A DNA stretch of 64,000 bases from Gemmatimonas sp. (lineage in GTDB: Bacteria; Gemmatimonadota; Gemmatimonadetes; Gemmatimonadales; Gemmatimonadaceae), in the NCBI GenBank assembly GCA_965279375.1, contig OZ257156.1, positions 5,245,735-5,309,734 of the forward strand. Direction: 5' to 3'. The translations under genes were made by a program, and so were the position numbers. Within the stretch, counting starts at the first letter, position 1, and each line of letters begins with the position of its first letter. Positions 37,889-46,738 of this stretch are shown here, one piece after another. Below the pieces are notes generated by a model, which was not told the DNA's origin, made no database searches, and saw nothing but the letters and a program-made list of their open reading frames with translations.

Positions 37889-40540
37889 CTATCGGACAAT
37901 CCGCACCGCCCGCACGTCTGCGGACGGTGCGACCGCCGGTCCCACCAGCGCACTGAAGCGCGCCTCGTCGCGGAGCGGTCGGAACCATTCCAGCGCCGCG
38001 ATCTCTGCGCGTTCGGTCGGCAGCCGCTCGACGTGTGCCTCGAGCGTATTCAGCGCGCCCGCGCGGTCGCCGAGCAGTAGCTGCACATACCCCTCGGCGA
38101 GCAGCACCGGGTGAATCGTGGAATCACTCTGCTGTCGACCCTGAACGACGCGCAGCACGGCACGAGCGCTGTCGGTCAGCGATGCACGTGCCAGCACCGC
38201 CGAGTACATGAGGCGGCGATAGTTCCAGGTGAGCGCCAACACGCCGAGCGTATCCTGCTTCTCGATGCGCTGCAGCAGTTGCCACGCACTTTCCGCTTCC
38301 GCGCGCGTGCGTCCGGTCCAACCGAGCAAGGTGAGCTCGCATTCTGTGAAGCGCGGATCGCCACGGTAGTGCGAGAGACCGAACTGACACCACTGCCGCG
38401 CCTTGTCGATGCGGCCGGCGCGCAGCGACATGAAGAAGGCGGTGGAAGCGGTTCTGCGCACTTCGAAGAAGGCGTCGGCGTCGAACGCGCGCTCGGCCGC
38501 ATCCGCTGCCTCGGCGAAGCGTCCATCGCGCTTGGCGAGGTCAGCGAGCGTCGACCACGCCGACGCCATGCCCGGTCGCTTCTCCACGACGAGCCGCAGA
38601 TCTCGCGTAGCGATCGCCACCATCGAGTCAGCGTGCACGCTGCCGAGCACAGCCAACTGGTAGGCGGCATCGCCACGCAGTGCCAGGACTTCGGGCGCAT
38701 CGGGTTGCTGCGCGGCGAGTTCGTTGGCGATCGCGAGTGCACGCTCGCCCCAGGCGATGCGCTGCTGCGTCGTGCTCATCGCCGCGTAGCGCGCGCCATC
38801 GACTCCTGGAGGCGGGGACGGCGAACGGAACGAAAGCGCGAGCGCGACGCGCCCGCGCCGGATGCGCGGACGCAACCAGCCGCGGTCGAGTCGTTCCGCG
38901 CGCGCCAACAATGAGTCGGCGCGCAGGAAGCGGCCGGGCACTTCCTCCGCACGCGGCCGGCGCGCGACATCCTCCGTCGAGCGCACAAGATCGATCGCCT
39001 GCTGCAGCAGCTCCCATGCGGCCAACGACGATGTCTCCCGCCGATTTTCGCGAAGCGCGATCTCCGTCCCCAGTCGCTGACGCAGCGCGAACGTCACCCG
39101 GTCCGCGATGGAATCCTGCAACGCGAAGACGCTCGTCCACAGAGTAGAAACGGGCAGCGCGTACAGCAGTTGATTGGTCGGCGCGTCGGTCAGGCGAATG
39201 CTCACGCGCACCGCGTCGCCAGCGCGTGCCACGCTGCCGCTGATCACCGTTCCGACGTCGAGGAGTCGCCCCAGACTGTCGGGGGCGATCGGACGACCAC
39301 GGAACTGACGGACTCCGTTGGGCGAGATGACCCGCAGCCCCGGCACCGACGCGAGACGATCCATCAACTCTTCCGTGAGTCCGTCGGAGACCCACGTCGG
39401 CAGCTGCTCCGGCGATTGATTGTCGAGATAGAGCACCGCGACGCGGCGTGCGTCGTCCGCGAGCGTTCCGGCTTCGCTGGTCGGCTCGCGTGTCACCAAC
39501 GGTCTGGGCGTCGGCGACTTGAAGAAGAGAAACGTCGTCACGAGCACCAGCCCCGCCGTGGCAGCGGCAACCAGACTCCACGGCGAACTCTCCGTGCCGA
39601 GCGGCGTGGCGGCGGTTACGCGCGCAGGCACGCGATCAAAGTTGCCTTCGAGCGCGTCGGCCATGGCATTGGCACTCGGGAAGCGATCCGAGGGCGTGAT
39701 CTGCATCGCGCGCTCGACCACCGCAGCGAGCGACGGCGACAGTCCCGGACGATAGACGGTCATGGGGCGCGGTTCGTGCAGCATGCGCTGCGCAATGACT
39801 GCCTGCGCCGTTGGCCCCACGAACGGCTGCATGCCGGTGAGCATCTCGTAGAGGACACAGCCGAGCGAATAGACGTCCGTGCGTCCGTCCACGACCTTCT
39901 CGCCGACCGCCTGCTCCGGGCTCATGTACGGGCCAGTTCCGCGCACGATTCCGGTCGTCGTGCTCGCGACACCGTCGGAGAGTTCGACGTCGCGCGCGAT
40001 GCCGAAGTCGGCGAGATGCGGGATGCCACCTTCGAACAGGATGTTCTCGGGCTTCACGTCGCGATGAATGACGCCGCGCGTATGCGCGTAGCCGATCGCG
40101 CGAGCAAGCGCGCGCGTGATCGCGACGGCGTCGGCGACATCGAGCTGTCGCTCTTGCTGCAACCGATCGCGCAGCGATCCGCCGGTCATCAGCGGCAGCA
40201 CGCAATAGCGCAGACGAGCCGATTCCCCGAAGTCGAGCACGGGCACGATGTGCCGATGCGACAGCGACTGATGTCGCCTGATTTCACTCTCGAAGCGGTG
40301 CGCCGCTGTGGTTTCGGTGAGATCGGGGCGCAACACCTTCACCGCGACATAGCGGTCGTCGCGCTCGTCGTAGGCGCGATAGACGACCGAGGTCCCGCCG
40401 TTGCCGATCTCCGCATCGATGCGATAGCGGCCGTCAAACAGGCTGGAGAGCGGCGGCATGGATGCGTCCGGTGCGGACAGCAGTGACGGCTGGCGCGAAT
40501 CGTCGCGCCGTGCCTGATCCGTCGACTGTGTATCCCCCAT
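37889..40540 (-). CDS. Ser/Thr kinase with TolB-N/FlgO-like domain and TPR repeats
   Basis: GNGGTSVVY, VAVK, HRDVKPEN, DFG, YMSPEQ; TM; RVAVLYLDN...DGLTEEL...PGLRVIS; TPR-like C-terminus ending FRPLRDEARF. Confidence 0.9.
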   Translation of the reverse strand: MGDTQSTDQARRDDSRQPSLLSAPDASMPPLSSLFDGRYRIDAEIGNGGTSVVYRAYDERDDRYVAVKVLRPDLTETTAAHRFESEIRRHQSLSHRHIVPVLDFGESARLRYCVLPLMTGGSLRDRLQQERQLDVADAVAITRALARAIGYAHTRGVIHRDVKPENILFEGGIPHLADFGIARDVELSDGVASTTTGIVRGTGPYMSPEQAVGEKVVDGRTDVYSLGCVLYEMLTGMQPFVGPTAQAVIAQRMLHEPRPMTVYRPGLSPSLAAVVERAMQITPSDRFPSANAMADALEGNFDRVPARVTAATPLGTESSPWSLVAAATAGLVLVTTFLFFKSPTPRPLVTREPTSEAGTLADDARRVAVLYLDNQSPEQLPTWVSDGLTEELMDRLASVPGLRVISPNGVRQFRGRPIAPDSLGRLLDVGTVISGSVARAGDAVRVSIRLTDAPTNQLLYALPVSTLWTSVFALQDSIADRVTFALRQRLGTEIALRENRRETSSLAAWELLQQAIDLVRSTEDVARRPRAEEVPGRFLRADSLLARAERLDRGWLRPRIRRGRVALALSFRSPSPPPGVDGARYAAMSTTQQRIAWGERALAIANELAAQQPDAPEVLALRGDAAYQLAVLGSVHADSMVAIATRDLRLVVEKRPGMASAWSTLADLAKRDGRFAEAADAAERAFDADAFFEVRRTASTAFFMSLRAGRIDKARQWCQFGLSHYRGDPRFTECELTLLGWTGRTRAEAESAWQLLQRIEKQDTLGVLALTWNYRRLMYSAVLARASLTDSARAVLRVVQGRQQSDSTIHPVLLAEGYVQLLLGDRAGALNTLEAHVERLPTERAEIAALEWFRPLRDEARFSALVGPAVAPSADVRAVRIVR

Positions 40541-40694
40541 TTCGCTCTCCACCACGAATCGTTCGCTGTACGCCGGGCCGACACCGCGAAGCTACGGTCG
40601 TGGCAAACTCACGGCAACAAGGCCGACAGTAACACGCGCCGAGAGTCCAACCGCACTCCGGGACGCCCCTGCGACGATCGGGCGGACGCGTGGT

Positions 40695-41489
40695 TCAGGG
40701 CGTCGTGTCCCTGTAGAGCGCCGCAGGATCCGCGCTGGCCAGCTCCTGGCAGAATGAGGCGATATTCGCGACGGCCTGTGCGACGAACCGTTCTCCGACC
40801 TGCGCGGTCGCTGCACGCGGATTGCCCACGCCCGTATCCGCGGTCACCTGCGTCCACCGCCGTGGCATCCATGCCCAGCCTTTCCGCACGCCTTCCAGCG
40901 CGCTTGGCTTGACGGCTCCGTCCCCCCACACGCTCCGGGGGGCGACCAGCGATGGCGCCACGTGCATCACCGCCGCCGTCTCCAACTCACCCGCATGGTC
41001 GCCCGGCTCGGCGAACTCCGACACGTCGGCCGCCTGCCACCAGTTGACGATGCTGAGCAGCATCGGCGCCTCGGGGTGCAGCTCCCGAACCAGCGCTCGC
41101 AGTTCGTTGCCGCCGTGCGCGTTCAGCAGCACCAACGCCTTCACGCCGTGCGGCGCAAGGCTGCGCATGATGTCGCGCAGAAGAATGAGCTGCGTACTTG
41201 GCATCACGCTCAGCGTCATCGGCAGATCGAGCTGCGTCGTGTTCACGCCGAAGGGCATCGCCGGCAACGCCAGCACACCGACGCCACGCTCCGCGCACGT
41301 CGCCGCTACGCGTGCCGCGACTTCACGGCCAAGGAGTGTGTCTGTGCCGTAGGGGAGATGCGTGTTGTGCGGCTCTGTCGCGCCCCACGGCATGATGGCG
41401 ATCGGCCACTGCGCGTCGCGGACCACCGGCCAGGTGAGCTCTTCCAGCACGCCCGGGCGCGGCGACCAACCCGGCGCGTCGTCGCTCAC
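40695..41489 (-). CDS. creatininase family amidohydrolase
   Basis: GATEPHNTHLPYGTD, NAHGGN, HAGELET; GTGA overlap with upstream stop. Confidence 0.9.
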   Translation of the reverse strand: MSDDAPGWSPRPGVLEELTWPVVRDAQWPIAIMPWGATEPHNTHLPYGTDTLLGREVAARVAATCAERGVGVLALPAMPFGVNTTQLDLPMTLSVMPSTQLILLRDIMRSLAPHGVKALVLLNAHGGNELRALVRELHPEAPMLLSIVNWWQAADVSEFAEPGDHAGELETAAVMHVAPSLVAPRSVWGDGAVKPSALEGVRKGWAWMPRRWTQVTADTGVGNPRAATAQVGERFVAQAVANIASFCQELASADPAALYRDTTP

Positions 41490-42355
41490 CGACCCGCTCC
41501 GAAGGTGTCGCATCGCTTGGGATCGCCGCTGTCGAAGCCGCGCTTGAACCACGTGCGACGTTCGGCGCTCGAGCCATGCGTGAACGTTTCCCGGTTGACC
41601 TGCCCCGTCGACATCTTCTGCAGGCGATCATCGCCCACGGCGGACGCCGCGCCCAGTCCTTCGTCGAGATCACCTGCTTCGAGCTGGCCGTTGCGAGCCG
41701 CCCCCGCGGCCCAGACGCCGGCGTAGCAGTCCGCCTGCAACTCCATCGCGACCGAGAGCGCGTTCTTCTGATCGGGATTCTCGCGCTGCGCGGCACGCAT
41801 CGCGCGTTCCGTACCCACGAGATTCTGCACGTGGTGTCCGATCTCGTGCGCGAGCACGTACGCCTGCGCGAAATCGCCGGGCGCGCCGAACTGGCGATCG
41901 AGCTGATCGAAGAAGCTCAGATCGATGTAGACCTTCTGATCGCCCGGGCAGTAGAACGGTCCCGATGCCGACTCAGCGGATCCGCACGCGGTGTTCACCC
42001 CTTGGCGAAAAAGCACCAGCTTGGCGTCGCGATACTGCGGCACCAACCGATGCCATTCGGTCTGCGCGCTGTCGAGCACACTCGACATGAACTGCACCAT
42101 CTCTTCTTCGGTGGGGTCGTTGACGGCCGCTGGGGCGCCGACGGCCGGTGCCTGCACGACTGGCGCGCCACCGATGCCGATGGCATCGCTGACGAGATCG
42201 CGTTTGAAGATGACGCTGAGCACGACCAGCACGACGAGGCCGCCGATGCCAACACGTCCTCCGCCGCCACCGAAGCCGCGCCCCCCGCCTCCGCCTCCCG
42301 ACGCGCCGCGTTGATCTTCGAGATTGCTGCTGCGACCGCCGGGAGTCCACCGCAT
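41486..42355 (-). CDS. neutral zinc metallopeptidase (YpfJ family)
   Basis: SSNLEDQR, GPFYCPGD, YVLAHEIGHHVQ, ELQADC, TFTHGSSAER. Confidence 0.93.
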   Translation of the reverse strand: MRWTPGGRSSNLEDQRGASGGGGGGRGFGGGGGRVGIGGLVVLVVLSVIFKRDLVSDAIGIGGAPVVQAPAVGAPAAVNDPTEEEMVQFMSSVLDSAQTEWHRLVPQYRDAKLVLFRQGVNTACGSAESASGPFYCPGDQKVYIDLSFFDQLDRQFGAPGDFAQAYVLAHEIGHHVQNLVGTERAMRAAQRENPDQKNALSVAMELQADCYAGVWAAGAARNGQLEAGDLDEGLGAASAVGDDRLQKMSTGQVNRETFTHGSSAERRTWFKRGFDSGDPKRCDTFGAGR

Positions 42356-42394
42356 GATGTGGTTCGTGAAGTGTGAGAGAATCGAAACGCTACG

Positions 42395-42904
42395 TCATGC
42401 CGCCGCCGCGTCGTCGCGCGCAAACGCGAGGCTCACCGCGCGACGTGCGCCGCGCTTGAGCGCCCGATGCACCGAGCGAGCGTAGCGCACGAAGTTGGCA
42501 CCCGCCCACGGATGCCTGGCGAAGAACTCGAACGGCGGAAGATCGCCCTTGAGTCGATTGCACGGCCCACAGGCGACTACAAGGTTACCCGGATCGTGTG
42601 CTCCGCCGCGAGCCAGCGGGAAAACATGATCGAGCGTAGCAGTCCGCTGGTCCAGATGCGTCGCGCAGTATACACACCGCTGCCCGCAGTCGCGGAGGGC
42701 GGTTCGGCGCATGTCGCGCTTCATGGCGGTATGCACGACTCCGCCGGTGCGCAGACGCACGAGATGGCGGGGGCCCGATTTCTTGCCGGCCGCTTGCGAG
42801 CCACGGGCCCGCACCGCGCCCCGCTTGGATGGTCTGGCGCCACGAGCGGTCGTGGGCCGAGCCGCGCCACCCTGCGCGAGCCTGAGCGTTGGCTTTCGCG
42901 CCAT
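42395..42904 (-). CDS. HNH endonuclease
   Basis: CVYC...TLDHVFPLARGG...NLVVACGPCNRLKG; basic N-terminal tail. Confidence 0.9.
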   Translation of the reverse strand: MARKPTLRLAQGGAARPTTARGARPSKRGAVRARGSQAAGKKSGPRHLVRLRTGGVVHTAMKRDMRRTALRDCGQRCVYCATHLDQRTATLDHVFPLARGGAHDPGNLVVACGPCNRLKGDLPPFEFFARHPWAGANFVRYARSVHRALKRGARRAVSLAFARDDAAAA

Positions 42905-42944
42905 TCAGCGGCTCCTCGTCGGTGAGGCCGTGAACCACACCGCC

Positions 42945-42991
42945 GCAAACGACGACGCCCCGACGGAGGCGAAGGGCCTCACGTCGGGGCG
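42945..42991 (-). promoter_or_regulatory. terminator/attenuator-like hairpin in the HNH leader
   Basis: minus strand CGCCCCGACG-T-GAGGC-CCTTC-GCCTC-CGTCGGGGCG followed by TCGTCGTTTG, ending about 40 nt before the HNH start. Confidence 0.45.
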
Positions 42992-43314
42992 GAGCGCAAC
43001 GGTGTAGTGGACGACAGATCGGGCGGCGGGTCGAACCGCGCGCAGGCGCGGTGACGGGGTGGAGGCACCACGGCGCCGGAGGCGCCGGTCACGCGCTGGA
43101 CAGCGCATGCGAGATGAACCACGGGTGGAGCGCATCATCCTCCTGGACAGACCGGGTGGAGAGGGCGCAGCAAACACGGGATCGTCGGTACAACATCGAG
43201 AGAGCGAGCAAATGTCTCGTGCAGCTCGCCCTGGCGCGCATTGCCACATTAGGGTGCGTATCAATGCGCGGTCAAGAGCCCCAGTGCACCGAAATCGTGA
43301 CGGCTAGGACTTCA

Positions 43315-43800
43315 TCAGGACTTCATGCCGTCCTTTCGCAGCGGATCGCGCAGCATGCTGCCGATGCGAGCGGCCATGGCATCGAGTTGCTGACGATTGG
43401 GCATCTGCGAGCCCGGGAACGGCAGCGGGACATCGAAGCCATCGTTCTCGCGGCGCGGGATGAGGTGAATGTGATAGTGCATCACATTCTGACCGGCGGC
43501 GGCACCGGAGTTCACGACGATGTTCATGTCCGTGGCACCCGACGCGGTCTGCACCACCGGGATGAGTTTCGTCGCGACCTGATACAGGTGCAGGCCGACT
43601 GCCCCGGGGATGTCCTGCAACGTTTCGTAGTGCTCCCGGGGGACGACCAGCACGTGACCCGGGTTGACCGGTTGAATGTCGAGGAACGCGATTGCAGTCG
43701 CGTCTTCGTAGCAGATCGAAACCTCGGCCGCTCCGCGCATGAGATCGCAGAAGATGCAGTGGCCGGTCGTTGGTGACATGGGGGCAGTGGGCGCGTGCAT
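43315..43800 (-). CDS. HIT family hydrolase
   Basis: CIFC, FLDIQPVNPGHVLVVP, AGQNVMHYHIHLIPR; alternative start 43779. Confidence 0.93.
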   Translation of the reverse strand: MHAPTAPMSPTTGHCIFCDLMRGAAEVSICYEDATAIAFLDIQPVNPGHVLVVPREHYETLQDIPGAVGLHLYQVATKLIPVVQTASGATDMNIVVNSGAAAGQNVMHYHIHLIPRRENDGFDVPLPFPGSQMPNRQQLDAMAARIGSMLRDPLRKDGMKS

Positions 43801-43991
43801 GACTTGGGCAGGATGTGACAGAGGACTGCGTGCACAACATCACGGTGCATCTCGTCGTTCATCTTCCTGATCGTTCCAACGTCTGTCAACCGGTACGCGC
43901 CCGACAGTCTCCGCAACTTTGCGGAGCTACCTGCGGCGCGCCGAGCGGCTAGCTTTCCCGTCGAACCGCCCTTCCCCCCGATCTCCCGCCG

Positions 43992-46118
43992 ATGGCCACT
44001 TCGACCCGCCCGACCCGCGCCCGCAAGAGTACGACCGACGAGCTTCCGCTCTCGCGGGAGCAGCTGCTGCGCGTGTACCGCGTGATGTACATGTCGCGTC
44101 GCGTGGACGACAAGGAGATCCAGCTCAAGCGACAGAACAAGATCTTCTTCCAGATCTCGGGGGCGGGCCACGAAGCATTGCTGGCCGCCGCGGGACTGGT
44201 GCTGCGCTCGGGACACGACTGGTTCTACACCTACTATCGTGACCGCGCGCTCTGCCTGATGCTCGGCATGACGCCGAACGAGATGCTCTACAGCGCCGTC
44301 GGCGCGGCGATCGACCCCAACTCGGGCGGCCGCCAGATGCCGAGCCATTGGGGGCAGAAGGCATTCAACATCGCGTCGAGTTCGTCTCCGACGGGCACGC
44401 AGTTTCTGCAGGCCGTCGGTGCCGCCGAAGGCACGATGCGCGCCAAGCTGTTGGGCATCACCGAAGGCTTCCACGACGACGAAGTCGTCTTCGTGTCCAC
44501 TGGTGACGGAACAACGAGCGAAGGCGAATTCTGGGAGTCGCTCAATACGGCGACGAATCTCAAGCTGCCGATCGTCTACGTCGTCGAAGACAACGGCTAC
44601 GCGATCTCGGTGCCGGTAGAAGTGAACACGGCAGGCGGATCGATCTCCAAGCTCGTTGCCGGATTCCCCGGTCTCTACATCCAGGAAGTCGACGGCTGCG
44701 ACGTGCTCGCGTCGTACGACGTGCTCAGCAAGGCGGTCGCCTATGCGCGCGAGCGCAAGGGTCCGGCGCTCGTGCACGCCAAGGTGATTCGTCCGTATTC
44801 GCATTCGCTGTCCGACGACGAAGTGTTCTATCGCCCGAAGGAAGAGCGCGAGGCCGACGCCGCGCGCGATCCGCTGGTGACGTTCCCGCGCATGCTCGTG
44901 GAAGAAGGGATCGCGACAGAGCTCGAACTCGAGGCGATGCGCGAAGCGGTGGACGCAGAGATTCTCGCCGCGACGGACGACGCGCTCTCGCAGCCGCAGC
45001 CGGCCGCCAGCACGGTGCACTACGCCGTCTACTCACCGGATGTGGATCCGACGGGCGAACAGTTCGACACGGAAGACGATCCGCAGTTTGCCGGCGAGCC
45101 GACCACGATGGTGGATCTGCTCAACACGTGCATGAAGGACGAGATGGCGCGCGATCCGCGCATCCTCGTCTTCGGCGAAGACGTCGCTGACGTCTCGCGC
45201 GAGGAATACCTCGGCAAGGTCAAGGGCAAGGGCGGCGTCTTCAAGGTGACGTGGGGACTGCAGTCCAAGTTCGGCAGCACCCGCGTGTTCAACTCGCCGC
45301 TCGCCGAAGCCAACATCGTTGGTCGCGCAATCGGCCTCGCGCACCGCGGATTCAAGCCGGTCGTCGAAGTGCAGTTCTTCGACTACATCTGGCCTGCGTA
45401 CATGCAGATTCGCGACGAGCTGGCCACGATGCGCTGGCGCTCCAACAACATGTTCAGCGCGCCGGTGGTCATTCGCACGACGTACGGCGGCTACATACGA
45501 GGTGGCATCTATCACTCGCAGACGGGTGCCTCGCTGTTCACGCACACGCCGGGGCTGCGCGTGGTCTGCCCGAGCAACGCTTTGGATGCTGCGGGTTTGC
45601 TGCGCACCGCCATTCGCTGCGAAGATCCGGTCATCTTCCTCGAGCACAAGCACCTGTATCGCCAGACGTACAACAAGGGCCGCTATCCGGGCCCGAACTT
45701 CATGATTCCGTTCGGTAAGGCGCGCATTGCGCGTGAGGGCGCGGACATCACGCTCGTCACGTACGGTGCCACGGTGCAACGCGCGCTCGTCGCGGCCAAC
45801 CAGATCGCCGAAGAAGGCGGACCGTCGGTGGAAGTGATCGACCTGCGCACTCTTTCTCCGTGGGACAAGGAGACGGTGTACGCGAGCGTGAAGAAGACGG
45901 GTCGTGTCATCGTTGCCTACGAGGACTCTATCTCCTGGGGCTACGGCGCGGAGATCGCCGCCCGTGTCGCCGACGACTGCTTCGCGTGGCTCGACGCGCC
46001 GGTCAAGCGTGTGGCCAGCACAGACACTTTCGTTGGCTACGCACCCAGCCTCGAGGACGCGACTCTGCCGCAGGTGGAGACGTTCCGCAACGCGTACGCG
46101 GAAATCATGACGTACTGA
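43992..46118 (+). CDS. fused 2-oxoacid dehydrogenase E1 alpha/beta (branched-chain/pyruvate type)
   Basis: TPP motif GDGTTSEG...EDN, HSLSDD; beta part [34 protein letters not shown]. Confidence 0.95.
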   Translation: MATSTRPTRARKSTTDELPLSREQLLRVYRVMYMSRRVDDKEIQLKRQNKIFFQISGAGHEALLAAAGLVLRSGHDWFYTYYRDRALCLMLGMTPNEMLYSAVGAAIDPNSGGRQMPSHWGQKAFNIASSSSPTGTQFLQAVGAAEGTMRAKLLGITEGFHDDEVVFVSTGDGTTSEGEFWESLNTATNLKLPIVYVVEDNGYAISVPVEVNTAGGSISKLVAGFPGLYIQEVDGCDVLASYDVLSKAVAYARERKGPALVHAKVIRPYSHSLSDDEVFYRPKEEREADAARDPLVTFPRMLVEEGIATELELEAMREAVDAEILAATDDALSQPQPAASTVHYAVYSPDVDPTGEQFDTEDDPQFAGEPTTMVDLLNTCMKDEMARDPRILVFGEDVADVSREEYLGKVKGKGGVFKVTWGLQSKFGSTRVFNSPLAEANIVGRAIGLAHRGFKPVVEVQFFDYIWPAYMQIRDELATMRWRSNNMFSAPVVIRTTYGGYIRGGIYHSQTGASLFTHTPGLRVVCPSNALDAAGLLRTAIRCEDPVIFLEHKHLYRQTYNKGRYPGPNFMIPFGKARIAREGADITLVTYGATVQRALVAANQIAEEGGPSVEVIDLRTLSPWDKETVYASVKKTGRVIVAYEDSISWGYGAEIAARVADDCFAWLDAPVKRVASTDTFVGYAPSLEDATLPQVETFRNAYAEIMTY

Positions 46119-46147
46119 TGTGTGCACCGAGTAGCGTGTGACTGGAC

Positions 46148-46177
46148 GGGGCCTCGCGAGAGGCCCCATTCCTTTTT
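46148..46177 (+). terminator. intrinsic terminator
   Basis: GGGGCCTC-GCGA-GAGGCCCC then ATTCCTTTTT. Confidence 0.65.
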
Positions 46178-46187
46178 CGGGGGAACA

Positions 46188-46685
46188 ATGAAAGCACGAC
46201 GTGACGAAGGACCCTTCATTCCAACGCGCGAGCTGGCCAGTCGCGTGCGCCGCACGATCATCGGGCCGATGTGGCACGGCCCCTCGGTCGACGAGGTGCT
46301 CGAGCGCTTCACAGCCGACACCGCGCTGGCGCGCCCGATCGCGTCGGCGCACTCGGCGTGGGAGCTGGTGCTGCACATGACGGCGTGGGCGCAGTTTGGC
46401 ATTGCACGGATGTCTGGGCAGCCGAGCTTCGAACTCACGGAGGAACAGGATTTTCCTGCCGCGCCGACGGTGGTGTCCGATGCGCAGTGGGCAGCGGATA
46501 CTGACGCTCTCCGTTCCGCGTATGCGGAGTTATCCGACATCGTGCGCGCGCTGCCCGTGGACACGCTGCTCGCCCCGATGGAGAACCGTGACTACAACGC
46601 TGTGACCATGCTCAATGGCATCGTCGAACACGCCACATATCACGGCGGCCAACTGGTGCTGCTGCACAAGGCACTGCAGGGATAG
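46188..46685 (+). CDS. DinB family protein
   Basis: WHGPS, HSAWELVLH, EHATYHGGQ (His triad). Confidence 0.88.
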   Translation: MKARRDEGPFIPTRELASRVRRTIIGPMWHGPSVDEVLERFTADTALARPIASAHSAWELVLHMTAWAQFGIARMSGQPSFELTEEQDFPAAPTVVSDAQWAADTDALRSAYAELSDIVRALPVDTLLAPMENRDYNAVTMLNGIVEHATYHGGQLVLLHKALQG

Positions 46686-46738
46686 CACCGGTCGCGGTGG
46701 CGGTTTGTCGTGCGCGCGATTCGGTCGTACTTTCGCGC

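Noticed and set aside
42395..42904. HNH gene as a homing endonuclease, mobile element or CRISPR/IscB-type nuclease
   Set aside because: No RuvC motifs, intron/intein context, terminal repeats or array; it is a short stand-alone HNH.
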